The notes beneath the pieces are model-generated. The model searched no databases, had not been told where the DNA came from, and saw only the letters and a list, made by a program, of their open reading frames with translations. The position numbers were made by a program, and so were the translations under genes. Shown piece by piece: positions 13,457 to 26,005 of a stretch of 64,000 nucleotides of DNA. The first letter of the stretch is position 1, and each line of letters opens with the position of its first letter. This DNA comes from Octopus sinensis (lineage: Eukaryota), in the NCBI RefSeq assembly GCF_006345805.1, contig NC_042999.1:54870001-54934000 (forward strand), in the 5' to 3' direction.

Positions 13457-13776
13457 GAGGGCGCGTGGCTTAGTGGTTAGGGCATTCGGCTCATGATCGT
13501 AAGGTTGTGAGTTCGATTCCCGGCGACGCGTTGTGTCCTTGAGCAAGACACTTTATTTCACGTTGCTCCAGTCCACTCAGCTGGCAAAACTGAGTTGTAC
13601 TTGTATTTCAAAGGGTCAGCCTTGTCACTCTCTGTGTCACGCTGATTATCCCCGAGAACTACGTTAAGGGTACACGTGTCTGTGGAATGCTCAGCCATTT
13701 GCACGTTAATTTCACGAGCAAGCTGTTCCGTTGATCGTATCAGCTGGGACCCTCGTCGTCGCAACCGGCGGAGTCA
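13457..13776 (+). mobile_element. SINE family C (tRNA-like head, CORE-like domain)
   Basis: TGGCTTAGTGG A box, GAGTTCGATTCC B box, GTGTCCTTGAGCAAGACACTT; further copies at about 35513-35815, 55878-56520 (split), 1079-1240 (decayed) and 10880-11050 (minus, related). Confidence 0.85.
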
Positions 13777-13929
13777 GGAATACATAGATTGTATGTGTGT
13801 ACACGTTTGTTTTATGTCAAATTATATAAATGCAGTTTAACATTAACCTAAAGTATAACTCAATAGATTTTGGTTAATTTTATTAATTTTTACTGCCGTT
13901 AAGCCAAAACTTCGAAGTCACTGTCAATC

Positions 13930-14110
13930 TCTTCTCACACACACACTCTCTTTCTATCTTTTCTCTCCTCCACTCTTTCCTATAGAAGAGCTTAGGCTCG
14001 AAACGTCAAACACCTCTTCCATTTTTCCTGAGCGTCAAAACTAGTACACCCTATTTGTTATGCTTTCACCTATATCTGTCTTTTGCTTTTTTGTATAAAT
14101 TTGAACCACC
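13930..14110 (+). repeat. Penelope-like terminal repeat fragment (GAAGAGC.TAGGCTCGAAACG)
   Basis: Near-identical copy at about 27720-27890; related minus-strand copies at about 270-365 and 23590-23690. Penelope assignment is inference from the GAAG...CGAAACG motif. Confidence 0.5.
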
Positions 14111-14137
14111 ACCACCCACCACACACACACCACCACA

Positions 14138-14222
<85 letters not shown>

Positions 14223-14342
14223 TTGCATGTGTGTATGTGTACGGTATATCCGCGAGTGCATGTGCTTATTTGTTTATCTCTGCTTGTCTTTGTCAAACTC
14301 TTCTCACACACTAATCTTGCTTCGCCGTGCATTTTTTTCTAG

Positions 14343-14465
14343 ACATTGACGAATGTGCCCGACGTACCGGGGCGTGCACCCAGGAGTGCATCAACACCGT
14401 GGGATCTTACACGTGTTCCTGTGTCAAAGGATTTCAGCTGGGAACAGACGGTCGCTCTTGTTACC
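14343..14465 (+). CDS. MEGF6: MEGF6-like exon D (calcium-binding EGF module)
   Basis: TTTTTTTCTAG acceptor, GTAAGT donor; 123 nt; DIDECARRTGACTQECINTVGSYTCSCVKGFQLGTDGRSCY. Confidence 0.94.
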
Positions 14466-14599
14466 GTAAGTATGCAACCCTTGTTAATTGGTTGAGGGCG
14501 GTTTACGGTGATTTGCATGTTAATGTTATGAATGTCGCAGCATCAGAGTTAATCTCGAAGGTTGGGGCTGTGACCTGGGACCAACAAAAGAATCGATTA

Positions 14600-14780
14600 C
14601 TTGGGCGCGGAGCTCGTTAAAAATATCAGTAAAATCTCCCTCAAATCGCTCTTTATCATCTTAAAAAAGGAATGACACATTCAATAATGTATTTCCCAAT
14701 ACACAACAAAGACGTGACGGTCACGTGTAGGATGCTTCGGATCATAGGTATGGTTGATTGGGGATGACCTCGGCCTAACA
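14600..14780 (+). repeat. Interspersed repeat family F (AATCTCCCTCAAAT...GACCT.GG.CTAAAC)
   Basis: Related decayed copies at about 11060-11200, 26390-26560, 27240-27370 and 48830-48990 (minus). Class not determined. Confidence 0.5.
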
Positions 14781-14869
14781 CAATAATCCATTAGTTTTTG
14801 TTCATTATTTGAAGTCAAATTATTTCATTTACTTTTTCTGGCGTTCTTGAGGAATGTACGAGATTTACA

Positions 14870-15135
14870 CAATCTCCAAATATTATTCTAAGAACAAAAA
14901 TAACTCGCACATTGTGTAATAATAAAGAATATATGAAATGGAGGCACGACCAGGGTGTAAGAGTTTTATACTGGAAACTGTGCCAGAAATGTGGCTTTGA
15001 AGCTGGAAACACATGGTACAGTCAGCAAGTCGAAAGAGTACTGGATTCGGAGATTTTGTGGGACTTTCCTATTCAAACGGACAAAAAGCGTGAAAATAAT
15101 AGACCAGACATTATAGATAAGGAAAAGCAGAAATA
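14870..15135 (+). mobile_element. R4/Dong-clade fragment
   Basis: RHDQGVRVLYWKLC...ILWDFPIQTDKKRENNRPDII (RHD and RPD motifs of RLE elements). Confidence 0.72.
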
Positions 15136-15159
15136 AGATCGAACATGGACCAAACCAAA

Positions 15160-15359
15160 GTGATAATTTATGGGCCAGCAGGTTTTTGAGGGGAAGGGGA
15201 AATCAATTACGTCGAATGCAGTTGTACTTATTTCATCAACCCCAAAAATATGAAAGGCAAAGTCGACCTCGACAGAATTTGAACACAGAACGTAAAGACG
15301 AACCTAAGGCCGCTAAGCATTTTGCCCAGAATGCAAACGTTTCGGCCAGCTCGCCGCCT
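15160..15359 (-). mobile_element. SINE family A monomer
   Basis: Reverse-complement head (CAGCTCGCCGCC), core and decayed tail-2. Confidence 0.75.
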
Positions 15360-15642
15360 TAATAACAACCACATCTGTATCCTCTATTTTTTTTTTATTC
15401 TTGTCACCAAGTATTATATTCCTTTAGGTTGCGAGTTCTAGACCTATCGATGGTTCCATGAAATCAAGTACCAGTCAAATACTGAGGTTCATGGAATCCA
15501 CTGTACTGTCTAACCCCAAAATATGTGAAATTATGTCTACAAGTTTTAACGGAGCGTCAGACAACAAAAAAACTGAAACTGGGAAACATTGATACAAGGG
15601 AAGTAACTCTATTGCTCTGAGATTATGTCTCTTAGAATTACC

Positions 15643-15742
15643 NNNNNNNNNNNNNNNNNNNNNNNNNNNNNNNNNNNNNNNNNNNNNNNNNNNNNNNNNN
15701 NNNNNNNNNNNNNNNNNNNNNNNNNNNNNNNNNNNNNNNNNN
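15643..15742. other. Assembly gap (100 N), fixed-size scaffolding spacer
   Basis: Exactly 100 N; degenerate (TA)n begins on the right side. Confidence 0.99.
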
Positions 15743-16046
15743 ATATATATATATTATGTATTTATATTATATATAATATATTATATATGTATTTTATATA
15801 TATATATATATATATATGTATTTATATATATTTTATATATATATAATTTATATTATATATATATATATTTATTTATATATATATATATATTTATATATTA
15901 TATATATATTTATTTATATATATATATATTATATATATAATATATATATGTATTTATATATATATATATATATATGTATTCTATATCTATATATATATAT
16001 GTATTTATATATATATATATATATGGATTTATATTATATATATATA

Positions 16047-16084
<38 letters not shown>

Positions 16085-16085
16085 A

Positions 16086-19000
16086 GATATCTAACGATGA
16101 CACATGTCCAGCTTCCAAACCCCACAACTAGACCAAAGAGGTGCGAGGCCGCAAGAAAGGAAAGGCACCCTGGAATTGATGGGAAGCAGGAGGTAAAGGG
16201 TGACAGAATCAAGGCTAAAGGAAGCCCTGTCCAGAGAAAGCAGAGGGACCCCAGCAAAAACTGTAAGGGCAGGGAAAGAAACACCTGCAAATTCTACCTG
16301 AGGGGGGACTGCTGGTACGGCGTTGAAGGTGCAAACTGTCGCTTTGCACATCGGAGGCCCTACCAAACGGCACGGACGCGAGACAGAGGTCCCTCCCTCA
16401 GGGAGAACAAAAACAAAAAGTTAAAAGAAGGGAAAAAAGCGCACTGACCACTACTGAAAGACGGTATGCAGATGTGGTGCGCGGAAACCCAACAGGTGGC
16501 CAGCTTCACCAGATGTGAGAAGGGCGGCAGCTGAACAGCAGTCTTTTTTGTGCATGGCACAAAAAATTGTTCAGCAGCTGACCTGGCTACAAGCACAAAG
16601 CTGGAACTACCACCACATAAGGCCACCTCCAACAGATGCAGGATGGCCACCACAGACACCAACACCACACACACACCACAAAAATATTTCTACTGAATGT
16701 AGGAGGGCTGCTGCGCGGAAACTGTAAAAAGAAAATTCATTCCTGAGAGACCTTGTGACATGCAATCAAGCTATATGCATGGCACTCACAGAAACGCATC
16801 TTGAACCCGATATAGGTGATGCAGAAATACATGCCGCAATATGCAGTCATACGCACAGATAGAAAAGGGAGGAGCCATGGTGGAGTTGCAATGTACATCC
16901 GAGATGACCTCACGCCCCAGGTCCTGCTGTCATATTCAAACTCAGTATGTGAAACTCAAATTGTACACATAAGACAACTGAATATCGTCATATGCACTAC
17001 ATATCGCCCACCAGACGCCCCAAAACACTCAGGCATGTTTGAAGACTGCCTAACAAAAATAGGAGAAGTCCTCACCAACCTTGAACAGCACAACAGTGTA
17101 TTCTTCATGGGTGACTTTAACCTCCCCAATGTGGAATGGCCTGGGGGGCAGATGCTCCCAGGGATGACACACCATCAGCAGGCACAGGTGGAGTCCCTGC
17201 TCCATCTCACAAATACCTCTTTCATGGAGCAAATAGTGCAAACAACAAGGCAGATAATATACTGGATCTCTGCTTACAAACAATATGGATATTATCCATA
17301 ATGTTAATGTGATGCCGACAATGATCTCGGATCACAACATAATAGAGCTGTCTATGTATGGAACAAAAGCCCCCGCAGACACACAGCCTATACGAAGCAC
17401 CCACCATCTCTCCAACTTAAACTTTCATAAAGCCAACTGGAAGTCGATTGAGAAAGAGATCCTCAAACAGGATTGGCCTGAATGTCTCTCCACACCGGAC
17501 ATAAACATGAAACACAAACACTTCATGTCCATAATACAAGCCATATGTGACAAATATGTCCCAATGTGCAGGGCCAGCACACACAAGAACAAAAACAGGA
17601 TCCCTAGAGAAAGGAGGATTCTTATGAGACGACGGACAAGGATTGCAAACCGCCTGAGCAAGCACACCAAAAGTGGTGAGAAGTTCGGCTCGAAAGAATG
17701 CTAATGGAAACTGAAGAAAAGTCTACATCAGTCCCATGAAAAGGAGAGAGCAGATAAAGAAGCTTGGGTAATAGAAAATATAAAATCAAACCCTAAAGCT
17801 TTCTTTAAGTTTGCCAAAGAGACAGCCACAGTGCACCAGAGAATAGGACCTCTCTTCCAAAAAGATGGCTCTCTCACAGGAAATCCCACGAGGATAAGTG
17901 AAATACTGAACGAACAGTTCCAAAGTGTGTTCACTACACCTCTAGGACACAGGCAAGTAAACAACCCAGAAGAATTCTTTGCCACTTTACCAGCGGCCAA
18001 AGAGACAAAAATTGAGTACATCAACATCGAAGAAGATGATATCACACTAGCCATTGATGAGATTGACACAAACTCAGCTGCTGGACCTGATGGATTCCCA
18101 GCGATCCTTCTCAAATCGTGCAAACGAGCCCTTGCAAAACCGCTACAGCTTCTTTTTCAGAGCTTTCTTGCAAGTGGTAAGCTCCCAGTCAAACTGAAAG
18201 AGGGGGTAATATGCCCTATCCATAAGGGAGGTAGCAGAGCAGATGCTAAAATTATAGGCCTATCTCTCTGACCTCACACATCAGCAAAGTCATGGAACGA
18301 ATAGTCCGTAAGAAACTAATCATGTTCCTTGAAGAAAATGACTTACTGTCTGACACCCAGCATGGATTTCGACCAGGTAGAGGCTGCCTAACACAGCTCC
18401 TGCAACACTATGACTGGGGTGTTGAAACAGCTACTAAATGGCTCAAATGTGGATGTAATATATCTTGACTTTGCAAAAGCCTTTGATAAAGTCGACCATG
18501 GTATGATCTGTCACAAACTGCGTGGTCTCGGCATAGGCGGGAAACTTGGAGAGTGGCTGCACAACTTCCTAAAAGACAGAAAACAGGCAGTTGTGAGCAA
18601 TGGAGCCACCTCCAGGGAACGCAAATAACAAGCGGTGTCCCACAGGGCACTGTCTTGGGGCCACTGATGTTCATAGTGGCCCTTTCAGACATGCCTTCAG
18701 TTGCTACGATGACCACCCTTGCTAGCTATGCAGATGACACAAAGTCTCCCACGCAATACAAAACCCTGAAAATATTGCGCATCTGCAACATGAGCTGGAC
18801 ACAATATACAGGTGGGCTGAGGACAACAACATGCAGTTTAATGCAGGTAAGTTCCAGGCCCTGCGCTACTGGCACACAAAGGTAAATGACGTGAAGACTG
18901 GATACACTGGCCCAGGAAGAATTGCAATCCCTGAGTCAAAATCAGTGCGTGACCTGGGCATTGACATGAGCAATGATGCATCTTTCCAAATGCATATTGC

Positions 19001-19714
19001 TAATCTGGTGATAAAATGCAGACGGCTAGCTGGATGGATTCTCCGAACTTTCAGAACAAGAGAGAAGGAGACACTGATGGTCCTGGAAAACATTTGTCCT
19101 CAGCCGCTTGGACTACTGCTCCCAACTTTGGTCACCACACAATATAAAACAAACAGCAGAACTCGAAGCAACTCAGAGAAGCTACACAAAAAAAATCGTC
19201 TCAATGCAAAATGTCAGCTACTGGGAAAGACTGAAGGTATTAAACCTCTTCTCCCTGGAGCGGAGGCGGGAGAGATATGCAGTGATATACATCTGGAAAA
19301 TCCTGGAGGGTCTGTCCCAAACTTTGGCATTCAAAGTTACTCCAACCGCAGAACGGGGCGCCGCTGCGTGGTGCCAAGGATTCCAACATCACCATCAAAA
19401 TACAGGTCCAGATACTGCAACAGCTTGGGTTTCAGAGGACCACAGCTCTTTAACATCCTCCCTAAATGCCTGAGAGACTTACATGGTGTGGATGTGGGTT
19501 TCTTTAAAAACTAACTGGATCTCTTCTTGTGGGAGTCCCAGATGAACCTACCTCACGACAGGAGACACGGATGCGGGCAGCAGCATCGAACTCCCTTGTT
19601 GATCAAGTGCCACGTATCAGAGGTGGATTCACAAACTAGTGTAGCTCATTCAGCGGTGGTGCCCCAGCATGGCCGCGGCCTTCGGGCTAAAACATTTTTA
19701 GGATTTAAGGATTT
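16086..19714 (+). mobile_element. Near full-length CR1-clade LINE (ORF1 remnant, APE-RT ORF2, 3' UTR)
   Basis: APE motifs IFLLNVGGL, ALTETHL, YRPP, GDFNLP; RT motifs GPDG, YLDFAKAFDKVDH, GVPQGTVLGP, YADD; CR1-type C-terminus DYCSQLWSP and SLERRRER; flanked by (TA)n on both sides. Confidence 0.92.
16681..19639 (+). pseudogene. CR1 ORF2 (endonuclease/reverse transcriptase), interrupted by several frameshifts
   Basis: Pieced from track ORFs 16816, 17285, 17831, 18410, 18553, 18831 and 19108; restored frame ends ...VPRIRGGFTN* at the TAG at 19637-19639. Confidence 0.88.
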
Positions 19715-19727
19715 ATATATATATATG

Positions 19728-19759
<32 letters not shown>

Positions 19760-19958
19760 AATTGTATATATATATATATTATATATATATTATTTATTAT
19801 ATATTAATATACTTGAGTGGCCATAGGCCAAAAAATTCGGATAAAGACTTCACCAGGTGGTGCTATTAAGTTAGACATGGCTGGGCCAATAATGGCCTAA
19901 AACTATCAAAGTATCAAAGTATATATTTATATATATATATATTTATATATATATAATT

Positions 19959-19991
<33 letters not shown>

Positions 19992-20084
19992 TATATATTT
20001 ATTATATATATATATTTATATATATATAATATATATATATTTATTATATATATTTATTATATATATATATTATATATTATATAC

Positions 20085-20845
20085 TACGGGACCTGGGGAT
20101 AGACAGAGTGACGATGCATCTTTTTCTTAACATCGCGAAGGTGGCGACAATGTGCAGACGACTCACGGGCTGGATCCTGAGGACATTCGGACAGAGACTG
20201 CGAGACCATGTTGACACTTGAGGACATTGTCCTAAGCCGCCTGGACTACTGCTCCCAACTGTGGTCACGCATAGTGTCAAACTAACCACAGAGCTTGATA
20301 CAATCCAAAGACATTTTCACCAAGAGGATTTCCACCATGAAAGAAAGAACTATGGTAGAGGCTTAGGGAACTCAATTTGTACTCCTTGGAACGAAGCGAG
20401 AGAGATATGCATGATATACATATGGGAAAATCCTGGAGGGACTAGCACCAAATTTGGAATTGAGAGCTGTTCCAATCCCCGTACCGGACGTACTGTGTGG
20501 TGCCAAAGGTCCCCGTCTTCACATCCAGGGTAAGGAGCAGATACTGTAATAGCCTGGGGTTCAGGGGCCCTCAGCTGTTCAACAAAATGCCAAGAAAAAC
20601 TAAGAGATCTACATGATGCGGATGTGGACATTTTCAAAAACATCTAACAAGCTGCTTCCGGGATCCCAGATGAACCCACTGCAAGGTACGAAGGTAACCT
20701 AAGGGCAGCAGCTACAAAACTCTCTCTTAGATCAGTGGCCAGCCACGCAAACTGGACTTAGAGAGGGTAGCAACAAGGGCGGTGCCCCAGCACCCCAGCA
20801 TGGCCTCAGTCGGATGGCTGAAACAAGTAAAAGAGTAAAAAGAGA
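20085..20845 (+). mobile_element. 5'-truncated, older CR1-clade LINE copy
   Basis: Homologous to 18950-19700 (RDLGID, GWILRTF, DYCSQLW, GPQLF); ends GGCGGTGCCCCAGCA...GAAACAAGTAAAAGAGTAAAA. Confidence 0.85.
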
Positions 20846-21176
20846 ATATATATATATATAGTTATATATATATATATTTATTATATATTTATTATATTAT
20901 ATTTTATTTATATATATATTATATAATTTATATATATTTATATATATTTATATATTTATATATATTATATATATATATATTTATATATAATATATTTATA
21001 TATATATATTTATATATATATATATATATATATTTATATAATATATATTTATATATATATATATTTATTATATATATATATTTATATATATATATATTTA
21101 ATTATATATATATTTATATATATATATTATATATTTATATATTATATAATATATATATATATATATTATATATATT

Positions 21177-21207
<31 letters not shown>

Positions 21208-21230
21208 TTATATATATATATTAATATATT

Positions 21231-21264
<34 letters not shown>

Positions 21265-21588
21265 ATATATTTATATATATTTATATATAATATATATATA
21301 TATTATATATATATATATATATATTTTATATATTTATATATATATATATTTATATATATATTATATATATATTTTATATATATATATATATATATCTATT
21401 TATAATATATATAGATATATATATTATATATATTTATATTTATATATTATATATATATATATAATATATTATATATATTTAATATATATATATATTATTA
21501 TATATATATATATTATCTATTATATATATATATATATATTTAATATATATAGTATATATATATATATATTTATATATATATTATTATA

Positions 21589-21620
<32 letters not shown>

Positions 21621-21622
21621 TA

Positions 21623-21656
<34 letters not shown>

Positions 21657-21684
21657 ATATTATATATATATCTATATATATATT

Positions 21685-21723
<39 letters not shown>

Positions 21724-22131
21724 ATTATATATATTTATATATATATATATTTATATATATTTATATATATATATATTTATATATATTTATATATATATAT
21801 ATTTATAATATTTATATATATATATATTTATATATATTATATATATATATATTATATATATTATATATATATATATTTATATATTTATATATATATATAT
21901 TTATATATATTTAATATATATATATTTATATATATTATATATATATATATTTATATATATTTATATATATATATATTTATATATATATATATATAATATA
22001 TATTATATATTTATATATATATATATTTATATATATTTATATAATATATATATATATTTATATTATTTATATATATATATATATATATATTTATAATATA
22101 TATATATAGATATTATATATATTTCTATATA

Positions 22132-22175
<44 letters not shown>

Positions 22176-22331
22176 ATATCTATATAATTATATATATTTA
22201 TTATATATATATATAATTATATAATATATATTTAATAATTTATATATATATATATATATATATTTATTATATATATATATATATATATTATATATTATAT
22301 ATATATTTATATATATATATATATTTATATA
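20846..22331. repeat. About 1.5-kb degenerate (TA)n microsatellite
   Basis: Direct. Other large (TA)n tracts at about 4665-4717, 4870-5125, 15743-16085, 19715-20084, 22651-22900, 44880-44950 and 50740-51120. Confidence 0.97.
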
Positions 22332-22650
22332 TCTCTCTATATATAACGGCAGTTTGTCGTGCGTGTTTCTGTGTGTCTATGCTTTACCCTCACCCTGACA
22401 CAGCTTTCAACGATTCTGATGAAACTTGAACACACATAGCCCATGTCATAATTCAAAACTAACGCAGCGAAAAATTTTGAAAAGTTCCCCCAGTTCTGAA
22501 AAAAAAATCGATAAATCGACTGGGTCGAGGAATCAGAAACACAAACCGGATAATTTACCATCATTTTTTCCATTTTTTGCTATAACTCTCTAAAAATGCT
22601 TTATAGTTATTTCCCTTACAAACCTGAGCAACGCCGGGCGATACTGCTAG
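22332..22650 (+). mobile_element. Non-autonomous Helitron
   Basis: 5' TC(TCTC)TATATATAA start; 3' imperfect hairpin CCTGAGCAACGCCGGG followed by CTAG; sits between A22331 and T22651, no TSD. Confidence 0.8.
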
Positions 22651-22863
22651 TATATATCATATATATTTATATATATATATTATATATATATATATTTATA
22701 TATATATATTTATATATATATATTTATATTATATATATATATTTATATATATATATATTATATATAATATTTTATCTATATATATTATATATATTATTTT
22801 ATATATATTATATTTATATTATATTATATTAATATATATATATTTATATATATATATATTATA

Positions 22864-22912
<49 letters not shown>

Positions 22913-24142
22913 GTGTGTGTGTGTGGTGTGTATATCTGGATATTTGTATTTTGTTTATTTTTATATATTAAGTAATCCGTGCATCATGTTAGTATATTGG
23001 TATTATTATTAATATTTTTAAAGTTAATTATAACCTCTGGCGAGGCCTATGGCTCTTTTAACATATAAATGCCTACAACCTTAGTATGTTGACATCTATA
23101 GGCAATGAAAATTAGATTCACTTTTGATCATACGCTGAAACAGCTGTAAGAAGTAATTTTTAGGATTTCATTAAGTTATAATATGACTTTTAAAATCTGT
23201 ATTTGTATTATTATCTTATCTATTGATTTATATAATATTTTTGTATGCTTTTGATGTCCTCATTTGTAAAATGAATAATCAATCCAACATTGTAATATCC
23301 GAAAGTTGACGAACAAACTAAATTTGTTTCTCCATTTTCATATTTGTATTATAAATTCACGGTAAAAATATTTCTTTACCTTCACCCGTTTATATATAAA
23401 TATATATATATATAAATATACAATAATGAATTAATTGCATTGCAATTAAAAACACTTATGTATTAAGAATTTGGGTACTTTACCAACAGTATATTGGATA
23501 ATTGATATCCCATAGTGGGTTACACCCATAACCCCTATCTTTCTTTGTACTATATATATATAGAGAATTTACAGAAAACAAAAGACAAAGACAGGTGTAT
23601 AAACTACAAGCAGATGTATTAGTTTGACGCTCAGGAAGACTGAAAAAGTCTTTGAGATTTCGAGCCTACGCTCTTCGACAGAAAAGGATGAGAGGGGGAA
23701 AATGGTAGGGATATATTAAAGATGTGCAGGGTCGAGAGTGTGGCATGTGGGTGTGCACCTTATACGTATATGTATGCGTGCGTTACATATGTACGTATGT
23801 GCGTGTTATATACACACACGCATATATAGTCTTACGTGTGGAGGACACGTAATAGATACACACGAGTACGTACACATAAAAACACATGTATGTATACATA
23901 CGTAACGGTTATACTCACATGTGCGCATATAATCCACACACACAGAGATATGCACACCCTAAAACAATCAATGGTATTGATTATTGAATCAATGCTATTT
24001 GATAACCGAAAGGTAGAAGTGATCCTCTCCATAAACCCCGAAAGGAAGAGATTTGTTTCAAATAGAACTCACACTTTTGACGTATAATAAAATACTCGAC
24101 ATAACTGGACTTCTTTATTTGAAGATATTTTAAGAAATTCGA

Positions 24143-24432
24143 AGTACCAGTTACGCACTGGAGTCGATATAATCGACTTAATCCGTTTGTCTGTCCTTGT
24201 TTGTCCCCTCTGTATTTAGCTCCTTGTGGGCAATAAAGAAATAAGAATCGTTAGCACGCCGGGCAAAATGCTTTTCCGCATTTCATCCGGCTTCACGTTC
24301 TGAGTTCAAATTCCGCCGAGGTCGACTTTGCCTTTCATCCTTTCGGTGTCGATAAAATAAGTACTGGTCGGATACTGGGATCGATGTAACCGACTTATCC
24401 CACTTCCCCCTGAACTTACCAAAATTTGAAAC
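24143..24432 (+). mobile_element. SINE family A dimer, 5'-truncated
   Basis: Tail-1 half followed by AGAATCGTTAGCACGCC... and a tail-2 unit. Confidence 0.8.
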
Positions 24433-24689
24433 GAATATGCTGATGATTTCTGGACAGTCATCAGATGCGGTTACCTGTTGTCTGGCACGTCTTTCTGCAA
24501 TCCTGGATGAAGCAAAGACCAAGGCCGGGGTCTGGCATATGGTTAGGGCACATGTCGCCAGGGGTTCGATGTCTGCTACTGTTGGGGGGCCACACAGCTG
24601 GTGCAAATTGAACATTCACGTTCTACAGAGGGCTTCGTGGTGGCGATCATGAACGACGCTGGCATGCAAGAGATTCTGGTCTTCGACCA

Positions 24690-24880
24690 AAACAATCTTA
24701 GAGGAAGATGAATGATGGATGCGTATGAAACAAACGAGAAGACTTTCCAGCCTGGTCCAACCTTCGTGAATTTCTACAATGAACACGTGAAGAGGAAGGT
24801 GCTGGCCTCATACAATTCATTTGTGAAGTGGAGATGCTCGCGACAAGCATGACTGACTGCGAATGAATCTGACCCCGAAT
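24690..24880 (+). mobile_element. Degenerate L1/Tx1-like ORF2 C-terminal fragment
   Basis: WMRMKQTRRLFQPGPTFVNFYNEHVKRKV resembles the conserved Tx1-type C-terminus as I recall it. Confidence 0.4.
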
Positions 24881-25038
24881 ATCAGACTGTCGGCAGGTCA
24901 CAGACGGAATTTACGGTGGGGTACTTTCCTTTGGTAACACTGAATTTGACACGGGTATGTTGTAAAACGATTTTCAACAAGCTTTTTAGAAATATACCAT
25001 ATCTTCTTTCATGGCATTAGACCGCGTTTTTAGCAGTG

Positions 25039-25072
<34 letters not shown>

Positions 25073-25214
25073 GGGGTCGTTTTTATTGTTTATTTGTAAT
25101 TTGGTTTTCTCTCTCTCCTCACAAAAGACATTGGTATGTAATGGATTGTCAAAGAGGAGTGACAAGGAGACAGACCTTTCACAGTTAAATGAATGGGTTT
25201 CTGCTCACCAGACG

Positions 25215-25258
<44 letters not shown>

Positions 25259-25659
25259 GTCTTTGACCCAGAAATAATGTATCAAAGAAACATGATAGAT
25301 ATTCTTTTTAGAGTATAAAACTCAGAAAAATAAAGAGAAAAAAAAAGCCAGCCCTTTTTTTTATCGTTAACGTTTTTATTGTTTACATACAAAGATGATC
25401 GTAACAAAATCATAACCGCCGTGCTTAACTCTCAGGAATAAAATGGCTTCTCGCTAAACGATTTTCTTCTTTCTTCATTTGACGGTCAATTATGGATGAT
25501 TTTTCTTCCAGAAGAATCCTAATTCACTGAGTTTTATTCCATTATATATTTTCCCACGACTATGGTCGCCTATTTCATAATGTAGCTTATGGGAGGAACA
25601 GAGGGTTGTGTTCTGCCGCCTTTGTTAATGATGCTGTGTTTGCGTGTGCATGCATGAGC

Positions 25660-26005
25660 GTATACGGTAAGAAGATTGCTTCTCAACCACATGGTTCCCA
25701 GTTCAGTCCCACTGCGTAGCACCTTGGGCAAGTATCTTCTACTAACCTCTCGGGCCGACCAAAGTCTTGTGAGTAGATTCGGTAGACGGAAACTGGAAGT
25801 AGTCCGTCGTGTACGTGTTGTGTCTTTGTGTCTGTGTTTGTCCACCCCCGTCCTCGTTACTTAGCGGTTCGGCAAAAGTCACCGATGGAATAAGCACCAG
25901 AGTTTAACAAAATAAATACTGGGGTTGATTCATTCGACTATTAATTTCTCAAGGTGGTGCCCCAGCATGACCGCAGTTTAATGACTGAAACAGGAAAAAA
26001 AGAGA
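25660..26005 (+). mobile_element. SINE family B
   Basis: Same head, body and tail as the 55441 copy. Confidence 0.8.

Noticed and set aside
13980-14015. Hammerhead in the GAAGAGCTTAGGCTCGAAACGTC repeat
   Set aside because: Lacks the CUGA core in all four copies and has extra bases before GAAA; kept only as a Penelope-like terminal motif.
24886-24954. Possible 69-nt phase-1 cassette exon (AG at 24884-24885, GTATGT donor; HCRQVTDGIYGGVLSFGNTEFDT)
   Set aside because: No polypyrimidine tract, no EGF similarity, abuts a decayed LINE end, and the expected MEGF6 order needs no exon here. Only junction reads could rescue it.
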